Source: Vicugna vicugna (taxonomy: Eukaryota). From it: a stretch of 64,000 nt of DNA. Below the pieces are notes generated by a model, which worked only from the letters and a program-made list of their open reading frames with translations, was not told the origin of the DNA and made no database searches. The stretch covers positions 8,599,853 through 8,663,852 of the forward strand of contig MU059059.1 of assembly GCA_013265495.1 (NCBI GenBank), written 5' to 3'. Position 1 is the first letter of the stretch. Each line of letters starts with the position of its first letter. This document shows positions 10,610-23,803 of the stretch, one piece after another. The position numbers and the translations under genes were made by a program.

Positions 10610-12360
10610 TTGATGAATAAAAATCCATCCATTCAACCCTTTAACAGATACTATGAGCCAGGCACTATGCTCTAGGTGCTGGGAAAAAGTTGTGAAAAAG
10701 CAGAAAAATCTTTGATCCTGTGGGACATGCATTCCAGTGGGGAAGACAATAAGCAGGGTAAATAAAATATATAGTTATATAGAGATAAGTGTTAAGGAGG
10801 GAGAAAATGAAGCAGAAAAAGTAGGACAGGTTTTCCTAAAATGGCTATATTTGAGTAAATAAGGAAGTGAGGGATATGTCCATAAGGATATCTGGGAGAG
10901 GAGCAATCCAGGGGGAAGGCACAGCAAACGCAAAGTCCCTAGGGTAGAAACATGTCTTAAGTGTGTTTGAGGAACAGCAAGGAGACCACTGTGGCTTCAC
11001 TGGAATAACTGAGGGAGAGGTCAGTAGGGAACGGGGTCAAGAGAGAACAGAGCATCATTGTGTAGATTGGGCTTTTATTCTGGATGAGATGGGGAACCCT
11101 TGGAAGGCTTTGAGCAGAAAGTGTCAAGATTGGATTTTATATTCTAACAGGATATCTCTGGTGGCTGGATTAAGAAGAAGCTGCAGAGGGGCCTGGGTAG
11201 AAGCAGGGAGATTATTGCAATAATGAGATGGTGGAGAGTTGGACCAGGAAAGCAGCAGGAGGTTAATGTGAAGACTGTGGATGCTATATATATTTTGAAA
11301 GTAGAGCCAACAGCATTTGCTGCCAGATCATATACAGGGCATGAGAAAGAGGAGAGAGTCAAGGATTCCCTTAAGAACTTTTGGCTGAAGCAACCAGAAG
11401 AGTGGAGTAGCCACAAACTGACCACGGGAGAAGCTGGTTTCAGCAAGAATGCTAGGAGCTCAGTTTGGGACACGTTAAGTTGGAGATGCCAGTTAGACAT
11501 CCAATTGAAGTCATCAAGTGGGCAGTTTTACGAATTTAAGGGAAAGGTCTAGAATGCAGATACAATTTGGGGAGCCATCAGCACAGAGATGGTACTTACA
11601 GCCATAAGATTGGAAACATTTACCAAGAGAGTAAATGTAATTAAAAAGTGAAACACCCAAGGGCTGAGCTCTGGGGAAGTCCAACATTTGGGTTTGGAAA
11701 GATGAAGAAGACCCTGACCAGCGAGGTAGAAGGAACACCAGGGGAACCCGGAAGCTAGGAGTAGAAAGTGATTCCAGAAGGGAAGGAACATTGACTTGGT
11801 CAAAGGCTGATTATAGGTCAATCAAGAAAAGGTCTGAGAAGTTACATTAGATTTAGCAATCCTGGAGCTCATTGGTGACCTTGAGCAATGACTGGGGAGG
11901 GGAGGGGCCTCAAACCAGCCTTGAGTAGGTTCAGGGGACAGGGAGAGAGAAGCAATGGGAGGCTGCAAGAACAGAGGCCTGTTTCAGGGGGCTTTTCTCT
12001 AAAAGGAAGAGGAAAACTAGGGTAGAGCTAGAAAAGGAAGTGGGGTCAGAGAGGTTATTTTTAAGATGCCAGGCATAACAGCCCGTTTGTATACTGGTGG
12101 GAGTGATCTTGTAGAGATGGGAGACCTGATGGTGCAGGATACGGGGGTGGGATGGGAACTGCTGGAGTCCTTGGGTAGGACTGAGGGACAGGATAGTGCC
12201 CAGGTGGAGACGCTGGTCCCCAGCAGGAATGAGGACACGTCATCACAGGCACAGGAGAGAAGGCAGGTGGGTTGGTAGGTATGAGGTAGTAGCTGTGACA
12301 GTTATTCTCTGACCGCTTCCATTTTCTTGCTGGAATGTGTGCGCTTCTAGCAAAGAGGTT
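10610..12360 (-). mobile_element. L2 (L2a-like), about 1.7 kb
   Basis: Antisense L2 3' end (atccattcaac..tatgagccaggcactatgctctaggtgctggg) followed by purine-rich L2 body motifs (ggttttgagcag-like, tttgggacacgttaagttggagatgcc..agacatcc). Confidence 0.85.
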
Positions 12361-13029
12361 GCTTCTCAACGATTTTGCGGAGCTCAGGGGTCTCGATGTC
12401 GAGAATTCTGTGGCTGGGAAACCTAACGAGGGTTGTGCTGCTGTGATCAGTTTTGTGCCGAACTTATCACACTCTGAAGAAGACGGCTCTGCTCTGCTAG
12501 GTCAGGGCCTGTCTTTCTAGAAACAAATACCTGACAAGCAGATTAGATGGTTCTAAGGGCGTCTCACACACCTGATTCTGTCACTCCCGTGGGGAAAAGA
12601 CACCAAACCTTCCATTACCTTGATTTCATGAGCGCCTGCCTTGTCTCTTTTCCATGAGGCTCCCCCTCTCTGTCCAATCTCTCTTCAGATGTTCAGGGGA
12701 GCACGCTCTGGAAGCAGCAGTAGTGGCCAGTGGAACAAAAAGAGACTGCAGACAATTCAGAAGCTCCTATTTCAAAGGGAAATTCTAGGCAGGTGCCTGC
12801 ATGTTGTGGTTTTCCCAGGTTTATACTGCACTTAGCCCTGATCACTTCTTTCTCTGCTGAACAAAAATAAGATAATTTCTGTCACTTTTAAAGAAAGATC
12901 TGCTTAAATCTCTGAGAGAGGGCTCTATAGAACTATGACAGATGCAATAAATACATCCTTTTCCACAACTTGGAGTGTGAGATTTTCAATGTCCAGGCAG
13001 GTAGGGAAAGGAGCAGAAGCAGGATTGGG

Positions 13030-13202
13030 GACTTCATCCCCCTCTGACAGCTCTGTGTGGTAGGTATTATGATCTGTGTTGAACAGATGGGGTTTGGAGA
13101 CAGTAAGTAACTTGCCCAAAGCCACGTACTACTAGTAAGTAGAGGAGCCAGACTTGAGCCCCGGGCTCTCAGGGCTCAGAACCAAGCACTTCTCACCATA
13201 CT
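13030..13202 (-). mobile_element. MIR
   Basis: aagtaacttgcccaaagccac..ctagtaagtagaggagccagacttgagccc. Confidence 0.8.
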
Positions 13203-14094
13203 TTGCTCCACGGTCAATTAATTAGGAAAGGTAAATGCTTTGTGGGTACCTGAGAAAGGATCTTCCTGCCCTGTCCCTGCGCTGGCTCTTCAGACAATTC
13301 AGAAACTCCTATTTCAAGCCCTCATTCTATGGCATTTATGCTACAAAGGACACTTTGTCTCACCACTGGCATTCAGAACATTATTTCTGCCAAGATGACT
13401 TTTAATTTATTAGAGGTCCTTCTGGAAGATACATGCCCAAACTATTTGGTGACTGTTTTCTTAGCCAGAAACCCAGTAGGGGAAGACATCGAGGCACTCA
13501 ACTGGAATGTGAATCTGCTTTTTCTTTTTTTCTTTTCTTCTTTTTGTCTTTGGGATTCCTTACTTTCAAAAACAACTTCCATCTTACCCGATGGTAGGGT
13601 TGTTTGCCTGCTCTGCATTCTCTGTCCCAAATATACTTCTTAGGCATTCCAAGTGGACGTTTACGACTTTTTACAGACCAGCTTTTTCAAGCACATGATC
13701 TACAGCGGCCACTGCACTTTCTATTCTCAGAGTTTCCAGCCCCTTCCATCAGCAATCTGTCGTGAGACGATGGAGGCCATCCTCAGCCAACATCCTCAGA
13801 TCCTCCGCCCTGTGCAGAAGGTCTGTTTGCTGCTCACTGTGTCCTTTATTACATCTCAGAGGCAGGAAGCAGTGTCCCTCATCGTCTCCACCATCATCTC
13901 TTTAGATGTGTCCTTGATCCCGCTTCCTCCCATCTCCTGAGGAACCTCCTCTCACATTTTCAAGTTTGTACTCAAGTTAATGTTTAAATAACTCCCATTA
14001 AAAAAAAAATTCTCCCTATTTTCTTAAGCTACCGCCCCATTTCTAAAGTTTCACTGCTAAACTTTTGGAAAGAAATGCTAAACTTGACACCTTT

Positions 14095-14570
14095 ACTTCC
14101 TTTCATTGCATCCTGTCCTGACTGTTCTACTGAAATCTCTCACACTGGGACATCATCAGCGGGCTCCAGGTCACCAGGTTAATGGCGTGGTCTATGTCTT
14201 CATTCTGTTTAGCATTGGTAGAGTTATGGGTGTTGGCATCAGTCGTGGGTGTTGGTACCGAGCCCTGACTCGGTCACTTCTTAGCTTTGTCAAGAACTTT
14301 CATACAATTCCCGGCACATGGTGAGTAGTTCACAAATGTCAGTTGTTATTCTCCTCATAACTATTATTAGCCTCCCCTCCTTTTAGAAATTCTTTCATCC
14401 CTTGGCTTCTGGGCCACTGAACTCTCAGTTCTCCAGTCTCTGATGGATTTCTCTAAGCCCCTCATCCATGTCTCTTCCTTAAATACAGGCAGTCTCCAAA
14501 CTTCTGCCTTTCACTTTTTCCTGTTCCCACTGTGTTCTTGCCCTCAGAGATCCGACTCACTCTCACAGTG
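14095..14570 (+). mobile_element. L2 body fragment with a small MIR/L2 tail (about 14285-14350)
   Basis: Pyrimidine-rich L2 motifs cttggcttct..actgaactctc..ccttaaatacaggc; internal ggcacatggtgagtagttcacaaatgtcagttgttatt. Confidence 0.6.
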
Positions 14571-14639
14571 CCCTCTCCCCTGGGTGACGTGTGCATCTCT
14601 AGCCCTGGCCATGCCTGTTCTGATTGGCTGGAGGTCTCC

Positions 14640-14940
14640 CTGCACCCCCTCCTCTACTGAAGGTCCATCCTTTATGCCACTTCCTTCACGAAGCCTTTCA
14701 GTCTCATCCATCCTTGGTCAGAATTCAGCTTTTCCTTGGGGCATTTCTCTTTTATAAAGATTCCCATTTCTGCACTTATTATTATATGCATTATTACTTT
14801 GGACTATGGTTGGCTATGTATATTTCTAGCTCCCTCAGTAGACTGTAAGCTCCGTAGGGTAGGAACCATATTTTAACCCTCCTTGTACCCCTGACGCGCT
14901 GAATGTAGTGTATTTCTCACAGTAGGCTGAACCCATTTGA
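14640..14940 (+). mobile_element. L2 3' end
   Basis: ccttcacgaagcctttc..agactgtaagctccgtagggtaggaacc. Confidence 0.7.
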
Positions 14941-16669
14941 AGTGACAGGAAGGGCAAGTGGGGTCTGGTGAATATTCAGAGCCTTAAGTACCTCCCAAAC
15001 TTGACTCCAAGTTATATGATGGCTCAGGAAAGGCAGGAATCATGAATTTAAGTTAAAGAGAAATCAAAAGGAGGAAAGCACAAAAGTGAACTACGTGCCA
15101 GGGAGACACGGGGGTTACAGGACCTGGGAGAAGACTGAGCCAGGAGAGGCCAGGAGAGCTTAGGGAGACAGGGAGTGAGGAGAGTCAGCCAGAAGCAGGG
15201 CTGCAGGTAGCAGACAGGAGGGCAGTCCGAGCTCCCACCCCATGGCTTTGGGCCTTTATTTCTCTCATGCAATTTCCATGGCCCAGGGAGAATAAAACCA
15301 ACTTTCACAACAGTACTTGGAAGCTTATTATTTATAAAGATTTGGAAGATCTTCAAACATGAAGTATAAGAAAGAGATATTGTTGTTTCATACGGAGTCT
15401 TTAAATATTAAAGTGAGACAAATGTCTTTAAATGCAGCTAGAAAATATGCCGTAAGACTCTCCTTTAGTCTTCCTGATGAAACCTTGTAACTGAGATACA
15501 CTGTCCACATTGACTATAAACGTCTATTGAATAAATTTTTAAATGACCATATGAGAAACAGTGATAAATTATATATAGATACATATTTGAACCTCTTTGC
15601 TTTACTTAACCCTTATACCAAAAGACAGGTGCTGGGGAGCAAAACATTACATTACATTCATTTTTAATATCAGTTTTCCATGCTCTCCCCTGTTCCCCTT
15701 TGCATTAACAGTATGTGTTCTAGTTAATTAAGCTGAAATCCCACAGGCTGCTTTCCTAATGTGATCATTTAAACACAGGCCAGATGCTAAGACAGACACT
15801 ACTTGGACAAGAACTTCTCCACTCTTAAGAGCCCTCCTAGAATGTTCCATGGATAGTTTTAGAATTTTATTTTTGAAAGCTGGCATACAAAACATTTTCC
15901 ATGGCAGAAAAGAAACCAAAAACATCCTATTTGCAGCAGGAGAAAACACCATTGGGATGACGCCTTAAAAACGCATTTGGGTGATGACAGATCACAAGAC
16001 ACTTGGCTCTGGAGTCAAGCTATCAGGTTTCAATCAAAAATATATAGACTGAACATGAATCAACCCTCCTGAAAGCTCACGCTTCTCTACTGGCTGGGAA
16101 TTCAGATGGGAGATCAGTAACACTTGCAAATGACTCCAGAGAAACAAGGATCCCATCTGCAGACAGATGAGGAGGAGGAAATTTTCCTTGGGTGCTTGGC
16201 TTGAGACATGTTAGAAACGAAGTAGTCTATCACATCTTTCTAACATCAGCTGGTGCTCTCTTGCCAAAGACTCGATTGGTTTAGAGTGTTAAACTTGGAG
16301 GATTGCATCATCTATCTCAGAAGTCTACAGGCTACCCCTGCCTACCTAACTGGAAGAGGAAGGCATGAAAGCTCAGTGGTATGTTAGCATCAGCCGCCAC
16401 CCTGTTTTGTTTGGTCTTTGCACCCCCATGTGGAAGGCACTACAACCAGGTTAACTATAACGGCGACATGTCTGCAGCCTGTTCTCAGATCTATTCCATC
16501 ATTCTATCCAGATCTACTCCCCACTTGCTCTGTTCCACTCCATGCAATAAGGGCCGACCAGCACAGGCAGTACCAATGGGGCCTGATCGATGAAACACAC
16601 TGGGAGGAGACTGGAGGGTGAGAGAAGAGAGAAGAGGGAGGCAGGGGTATTTATTTCTCCAGTCCTCAC

Positions 16670-16860
16670 TCTCTGCCAGATTGCAAAGGCTTGGCTGCTT
16701 TACCACCAAAGGCCACAGCTCCTGTCAAATACCCTCTCCATACAGCCACTCCTTCTGGATTCTTCAAACCACTGTTTCCCTTCAGGCCTGGAAGTAGCAA
16801 AGGTTAGCAAGCATCCCCGTATTAAACCCTCCTAGAGTTACCCAGTCTGGGTATACCATC
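16670..16860. mobile_element. Old ERVL-type LTR fragment (LTR33/LTR16/LTR41-like)
   Basis: accaaaggccacagctcctgtc..ccctctccatacagccact..ttcaggcctggaagtagcaa. Confidence 0.4.
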
Positions 16861-18069
16861 CACTTCCTGCTGGGTCCCTGAACGGTATGTGGGTCAACAG
16901 TGATGACTGTTGGCTTCCTCCAGTGATGTGGTCCAAAGACTGGCAGACAGATGACAATAACAAGTGCTGTCATTCTTTGTTGTTATTGACCTTGGGCATG
17001 GGACCTTGGGAGGAAGGGGGAAACCAGCAAAAATTCCATATGTTTCCTATTCCTGCCATAGATCTTTATCACAGTGAGTAGACGCTGGGCCGTGAGTAAC
17101 TTCATTCTAGGCTCAAGTCTTTGATTTTAAACTTTAGTTTAGGTTTATTGATGGTTTCCATTTCCATGTTGCAGATACTCAAATGTGGATGCCAATATCA
17201 AGCAAGGGGATTATGTGTAAGTATGATAACATTTTAAACTTTAAAACTATATTGTCCTAAAGAACTTACAACCGGCAGATGATATTTTGAAAAAGCATTC
17301 CAGGTGGATTCAATTTTTGCTCCACAGTCTGGCCTTGCTTTTGTGTTTTTTTCTCCTGAAGTCTTCCCACTTATATAACAACAAGATCCTTATTTCTTTA
17401 GCAATCAGTTCTCTTAATTTGCCGCTTGAAATTATTTAATCCTCTTTAAGAGGGCAAGTGTGTCCTAGAAACTGGAGCAGGGAATAGGAATGCACTGATC
17501 AAGTTCTTTTCCTTTAAGGCAAACTTGACTTTTTTTTTGTGACTAAATTTGTCTTTTGGCAAAATAAGAAATAATGAGAGTTAATGCCTCTCCACTTTAA
17601 TAGACTGAGTCACACAAAAAGCTGCCGGTGCCGCCAAATTCATGGTGATCCCAGCTTTACTACAGGATGACTTCATTGTTACATCGTACAGCACTGTGCC
17701 TTCCAGCACACAGATGTGGCTCACAGAAGGTAGCCTCAAAAATTATTCTTTAACATTAAAATATATGTGGTTATAAATGGAATAAAAGAAAATGTATTCA
17801 CCTGGACATGAGATGTAAATACAGATCTCTTTTCTTAAAGAGAATATGTTCTTGAACTGTCAGCATCTTTCAGCCAATTGTTAGATGAGCTTACAGCCCT
17901 AACTGTCAAGACTCTGCCTAGATGATTTATTATTATTATTTTTAACACTGAAATGAAACTTCTTCTGTCTTAAAGGCAGAATAGGGGTTTGGATGACTGA
18001 AAAAAAAGACCAGAACTGCAGAGCGTGGTGGGTGGGATCATATGCCTTTCCTAGTCACTATACACCTAG

Positions 18070-18960
18070 AATTCATTCATTCACTCAAAAACATTTATGA
18101 ATAAACAGCTAACTATAAAACAGTATTATCATTAAGATTTGGACCCTAGGTTATGGGAGCACAGATAAAGTGGTATTACTTACAGAGCCAGGGTAGGTAA
18201 TGAAGACATGCTTATGTCAGGCATTAAAAGATGATTAAGAGCTCACCAGTCAGATGGGTGGGTGAGGAAGGAATTCCAGGCAGAAATAAGAGTATGTGAA
18301 GGCCCAGAAGTGTGAGAAGTCCTGATGTGATCAGGGGATGAAGACTGGGCGGATGGTTAAGGCCCACCCTAAGGAGCCTGGGCTTTGTCCTAGGGGGATG
18401 GGGAGCTTTTAAATGAGTTTGACCAGAGAAAGGGCATAATCACATTCATATTTTTAGAAGGTTATGGTGTTTGAAATTTGGGGGGATGGGAGGAGGCTTG
18501 GAACCAAGAGGGAGGTCACTGTGAAAGTCAAGGTAAGAGACAATGTGGGTTGGATTTAGGGCAGTGATGCTGGAAGGGAGGAGAGAGCCATCTGATAGAG
18601 ATTTCAGAGGCACAGATCAATGGGACGTGGGCTTGCCAACCAGCTGTGTGAGCGGTAGGGGTGGGTGGGAGTGAGGGTGAGTGGGAGTCAGAGGTGATCT
18701 GGAAGTTTCTAACTAGTGAACCAGAGAGAGAATGAATTCAGCTACGGGTATGCCCAGTCTGCAGTTGCTGGGCCTTCTGGATGGAGATTTCCAATTGGCA
18801 GAGGAAACTTGAGGCTGGAGCTCAGAAGTCAAGTCAGGGCTGAAGACGTGGATTTTGGAAATCATTATTTCAGCAGCATCAGTGCCCTGGGGATGGAGGA
18901 GACCACGCACAGGAAACATACAGAAAGAGAAGAGGAAAGGGGAAAGGAGAGAGGAAAAAG
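18070..18960 (-). mobile_element. L2 (L2b/c-like)
   Basis: ttcattcattcactcaaaaacatttatg start; ttccaggcagaaataagagtatgtgaaggccc; gggctgaagacgtggattttggaaatcatt. Confidence 0.8.
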
Positions 18961-19160
18961 CCAGCCTTCCGTGGCATGTGCTGTTTTTAAGTGTGAACAT
19001 TCATTCTTTTTTTCTGATGCTAGTTCCTCACGTATCCTTTAGCCAGCCACCCTTCCCCACTCCATGCAGTTCTGATGGAGCAGACTTCCTGGAGTCCGGC
19101 CCACACTGTGCTTGCCGTCTGCCCAAAGATGAGCAGACGTGCCTCTCATCACCCCGGCCA

Positions 19161-19342
19161 CAGTGATTTGGTCAGCATCGTGCAGTGATGTGGCGCTACC
19201 AATGAGCCAGCTCACAAGTGGCATCACCTTGGTAGCTTAACGCCAGCCATGGTGGAGGTATTTACACCACAGAAATTGGCAAACACTACCAATCAGCCCC
19301 CACCCTCTGCCCCCACGCAGTCAGTTTACTAGCACACTGCTG
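19161..19342 (+). mobile_element. hAT-Tip100 MITE (MER69A/Arthur1-like)
   Basis: ttggtagcttaacgccagccatggtggaggtatttacaccacagaaattggcaaacactac..tttactagcacactgctg. Confidence 0.7.
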
Positions 19343-19589
19343 GGTGAGGGTGTCAACCCACACGGACAATGAACACCGTCCCACAGATTCCACATCCAGG
19401 TGTCAGAGGAGGGGTGTCCTTTTTCATTCTGGATGGCAAACCGTGAGATGTGCTCATGCCAGCCTTGCTGTGTGTGGAACCCGTCTGAGTAGGAAATCAA
19501 CTAACATAGGGAGGGAGGGATGAGAGATGAAGAAGGGACAGCACCCCAAGCACAGAGTGTGTTGCTCTCTTGTGTTTTCAATTTTTAAA

Positions 19590-19830
19590 AATTTCTTTAA
19601 AATTTTAAATGTAACATCCTTACAGAAAATTCCATACAATATATGTGTTCAGTTAACAAATAATAAGAAAATACACACCTGAATGACCACTGCCCAGGTC
19701 AAGACGTGGAATATTATCAATTCCCCAGAAGGCTACTGTGTGCTCTCTTCCTTGCCCTTTCCATCTTGACCTTGGTCATAAGCCATCTTGACCTTGGTAG
19801 TAATCATTTCCTGGATTTGAAAAACCAGAT
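19590..19830 (-). mobile_element. Old L1 (L1MC/ME-like) 3' fragment
   Basis: accactgcccaggtcaagacgtggaatattatcaattccccagaagg. Confidence 0.7.
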
Positions 19831-19868
19831 TTACAAAAAAAAGTGTGCATTCTTAACCACACAGGTGT

Positions 19869-19973
19869 CTCCCTTCTTTCTTTCCTTCCTTCGTTTCTTC
19901 CTTCTTCCCTCCCTCTCTTCCCCCTCCCTCCCTCTCTCCCTCTTTTCCTTCCTTCCCTTCATTCTTTCTTTGT
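19869..19973. repeat. CT-rich (polypyrimidine) low-complexity tract
   Basis: About 105 nt, nearly all C/T. Confidence 0.9.
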
Positions 19974-20539
19974 CACTTAGGGGGAAGCCAGAATTTAGAG
20001 GAGCATTTTTTTCCCTAGGGTGGGAAAAACTAGAATAGGTGGATAAATTGATATTAAAGAGCCAGTGGAAAAAGACTGAGGACTCCAGAGACAGAATAAT
20101 TTAGAGCGTGGTTGAAGGGAAGATGGAGGGACAGGGAACTGGCATACCACGGAGGCCTTAGCTCTGAATGGAGACTGGAGAGATGCTTCTTTCTGCTACA
20201 GGGAAGAGGATTGGTTTCTACTCATGAATTCCCTTGACTGCTTTAACATATACAAGGTGCAGCTGAGAAAAAGTAAGATCTCCCAGTTTCATCTTAGCCC
20301 ATGAGCTGTGCTCTGAGACTCTTGGATAAGGCTGTGCATCCCCAGACTTGGGAGTTAGTGACCTGGGACCCCCCTCTCCCTCTCTCCTTGGGCCTGGCAT
20401 CTGTGGGCACAGCTCTCCATGCAGGGCTCTGCCTCCTCCTCCACCTGGCACTCCCCGACTCCCTCTAGCCCAGGGCTCTGGCCCAGCACCCCTTTTGCTT
20501 CCTTGGGCGCACACAACACCCTGGCCCAGTTGGTGCATT

Positions 20540-20845
20540 TACTTTTGTTGTCCTAGTTTTGTCTCTAAGGCAACCAGCCCTGTGTGGTGGTAGGGAGGAT
20601 GTTGGCAGAAGGGGAGCAAAGTAGATAAATGTGAAGGTGGGGGTACAGGAAGCCGGGTGGACCCGGTTCCCTCCCGTGACTTCTCTTGCTGGATTGGCAT
20701 CCTTAGCCCCTGAGACCATGTCCATCCCAGGATAGATCCCTTTGAAGGCTGCTTGCCCAGGAATTCTTGAGACCCCAGATCCATTTCCCCACTACTTTCC
20801 TGCTTCTGATAAAGCATTTGTTTAAGCCACCTTGGCTGCATCAAA
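20540..20845 (+). mobile_element. Possible old MLT1 LTR fragment
   Basis: Ends tgataaagcatttgtttaagccacc..gctgcatcaaaa, resembling a MaLR 3' end. Confidence 0.35.
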
Positions 20846-22639
20846 AACAAAACATTTCTACAAATTAAAAATGTTCTGGATTCCTCGCCTTGTGTCTGCG
20901 CTTTCTTTTGAAATACTAATTAGCCGGAGAAATATGTGCTTTGTGTTTCCAAAAAAAGAAAAAGGGGAGACCTCGCTAAAGATAGCTAGCTCTGGTGGGA
21001 GTTTTGTTGTGTGTGTTTTTTTTTTTAAAGAAGCTGCAACTAAATGTCTGTGTATTCCAACAGCATTTAGCAAAAGCTGTCTCCTGTCCTTAAAAGTATG
21101 GAAAGCACTGAATGAGAAGTCTCTTACATGGCAGGTGACAACAAAGGGCTTCAGACTTGCAGAACTAGAGGCTGGATTATGTCATGATTCCTCTGTGCAG
21201 AAGCAGAAAGCTCAGTAGACTGACTCCGAGCAGTGCCCTGAGTCTGCACTTGCGGGGGTTGGCATGGGCGTGTGCACCACTTTAACTGAGCGGATGCCAA
21301 AGCTCACCATCCCATCCTGATGGATGGCAGGGGTCACTGTCTTCCTCCGTGTGATAAATGACTGCAGCACCGCCACATTTGTCTTATGGCTGGCAGTGAG
21401 TGATTCTCGAGTTAGTGATAATGAGGGTCTTCCTAACAAGGAAGTCAAATGCTTTAGTGAGTCAGCTGAAGGCCACTGCTTCTGCCCACCTATTTCACAT
21501 ACAGTTTCCAGCCAAGGAGAACCCCGCTGGCCGGAGGCACCAGTCATAGGATATTAATGCAATAATGTTTTCAAAGATAGCAGTTCCTTAAAAAAAGATG
21601 ATAAAAACCCACAAACATCTTTTCTTTTTAACCCATAGAATAATACTATACTGAGCAGAGACCTGAATAAAGCAAAAAGGTCAAATTTGCTTCCCCATTC
21701 TAGAAAACCAGAGTTGTCACAATGCCACCCCCACTGCACACCACTTGGGAAGAAGTTCTGCAGCGCCAGGAGGTAACTGCATGGGTAGGTGAGTGCTGTC
21801 TCGTGGCTACTTACAAATTAATGGGGCAGAAGGGGAATAACAACACAGTTGTAAGGAGAAATACAGATTTTGAGAGTGAAGGGCCAGGTCATTAAGAAGA
21901 ATGTCAGGCATTTGGTCCCAGAAGATACAAAAGCACAGACCTAAGAAAGCAGAAAGCCAAAATTATGGTTTTGTTCTGGCAGACATCATGAGTCTTTTAC
22001 TCAGTGACCTCCAAGCCTGGAATTTATTTCCAGTGGGAACTGGAACTTCCGCTCACTGGCAGAAAAACACGAGTGCCTGGGACCCACAATGCCTGTACGT
22101 CTCAGAACGTATTTCATAGCAAGTTGGCAGTTCTACCAAAGATGGTGCCCTGGATTCTCTCTACCAAACCTCAGACGCAAGGCAGAAAGCAGGCCGCCTC
22201 CATCCGTTAGTTCCTCATCTCTGAGGAACATACACAACAGAAAGTCTGAAGAATAGATGGGATGGCAGAGGCTCTGCGTTTTCAGCCCCACAGTATTCTC
22301 TATTAGGAGTCAGTCCACAACTGACACCTTATTTAAATGCAAGAAATTACAGGTGCATTTTTTTTCTTTTCACAAATTCTTTCATTTGTTCTTTGGTTAT
22401 TTATCTTTTTTAAAAGTCCTTAATTTATTAAGTATATTCTACATGCTACATACTATGCTCAATGTTAAAGAATCAAAGAGGAAACAAAAATATGATACCA
22501 GCCCTTAGAGTACTCTTTGTGTCTAGCAGAAAAAGATAAATGAAAAAAAAAGAAGAGCTAAATAAGATCTTACAGTTGCTGTTAAGGGGAGTATTTGCTG
22601 GAAGTGGTGAAGAAACCAAGGAGAAAATAGTCAGTCAAC

Positions 22640-22676
22640 TGTGTGTGTGTGTATGTGTGTGTGTGTGTGTGTGTGT
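22640..22676. repeat. (TG)n microsatellite, one interruption
   Basis: Read directly from sequence. Confidence 0.95.
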
Positions 22677-22719
22677 GGGCATTTAGGTTCGGGTGGCGGG
22701 TGTTGCAGGCCGATGAGCC

Positions 22720-23330
22720 CAGATTAGTTGGCACAGACCAGGAGGCCAGGGTGGAGAAGGGCATTTCAAGGAGGGGTGCCTAGAGGTGCAAAGTAACCTG
22801 GGAGGTGAGGGGGGGTGTGTGAGCCTTTCCCTAAGGTGGGGCTGGAGTATTGGTGAGGGACTTGAGTGACAGGGATGAACTTGTGGCAGGGGCCAGATTG
22901 CAGAGGGTCTTCCACGCTGCACTAAGGAAGTTGGAGTCTGTCCTGCAGTCACAGAAGGGCTAATGCATATTCAGATTGTGAACACACACTGGTGTTCTGG
23001 AACAGTCAGTCCCTCAGCTGTGGGGAGGCCAGACTGGAGGGCAGGAGGCAGAGGCAGGTCCACCCCAGGGAGACCCAACTAAGGAAAGAGGGACACAGGG
23101 GAAAAGAGGAGCAGCGTGTGGGGACTGCCAAGGAGGGTGAGGTGAGAGTGAGGAGGAAGCAGCCTCGGGGTCCTCTCAGGTTTCGGGCTTGGGTAGAGGG
23201 TTCCTCTGTGGAGAGGGGGAGCGGTGGGGATGGAGAGGAAGAGGACCAGTTCAGTCACCTTCTGAAATACCGTTGCCTGTGGGACACCAGGGTAAGAGGT
23301 CCAGCTGGCAAGAGGACCCATGGGTCTAGA
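22720..23330 (-). mobile_element. Degenerate L2 (L2c/d-like)
   Basis: ggggccagattgcagagggtcttccacgctgcactaaggaagttggagtctgtcctgcag. Confidence 0.5.
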
Positions 23331-23559
23331 GCAAGGGTTCTTACACCACAGTTTAGGCTCTGTAAAATTGAGTAGGAAAAAAAAAATCACATCTTTATTT
23401 CCACTAACCTCTAGCTGAAATCTTGTATCTCCTTTAAGGGTCTAGGCAACAAACCACAGTGGCACCAGCAATACCTCTGCCTTTGTCACCCAGAGAGATC
23501 ACAGATCTATTCATATCATTTTCCAGTGGTTGCAGCCTTCTTGAAATATTGTTTACACT

Positions 23560-23803
23560 TACTTCTTCAAAATGATAGTAGGTATTAAACATGCCACAAA
23601 AAGTATTTAATGTTAACAAAAATGTACACATTCTATAACATTTCTTTTTAATAATTTTAATAACGGTTTCAATATGACTTGTTCCGTTTGTCATCCCACA
23701 TATTTTATAAGAAGCATTTTAAAACATCAAGGAATCCCATTGTCTTATGGGCTTCAGCAGGCTGACAAATACATCCATGGACCAAAGAAAATCAAGAACC
23801 TCC
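23560..23803. mobile_element. hAT-Charlie DNA transposon remnant
   Basis: tgtcatcccacatattttat..atgggcttcagcaggctgacaaatacatccatggaccaaagaaaatcaagaacc resembles Charlie termini. Confidence 0.45.
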
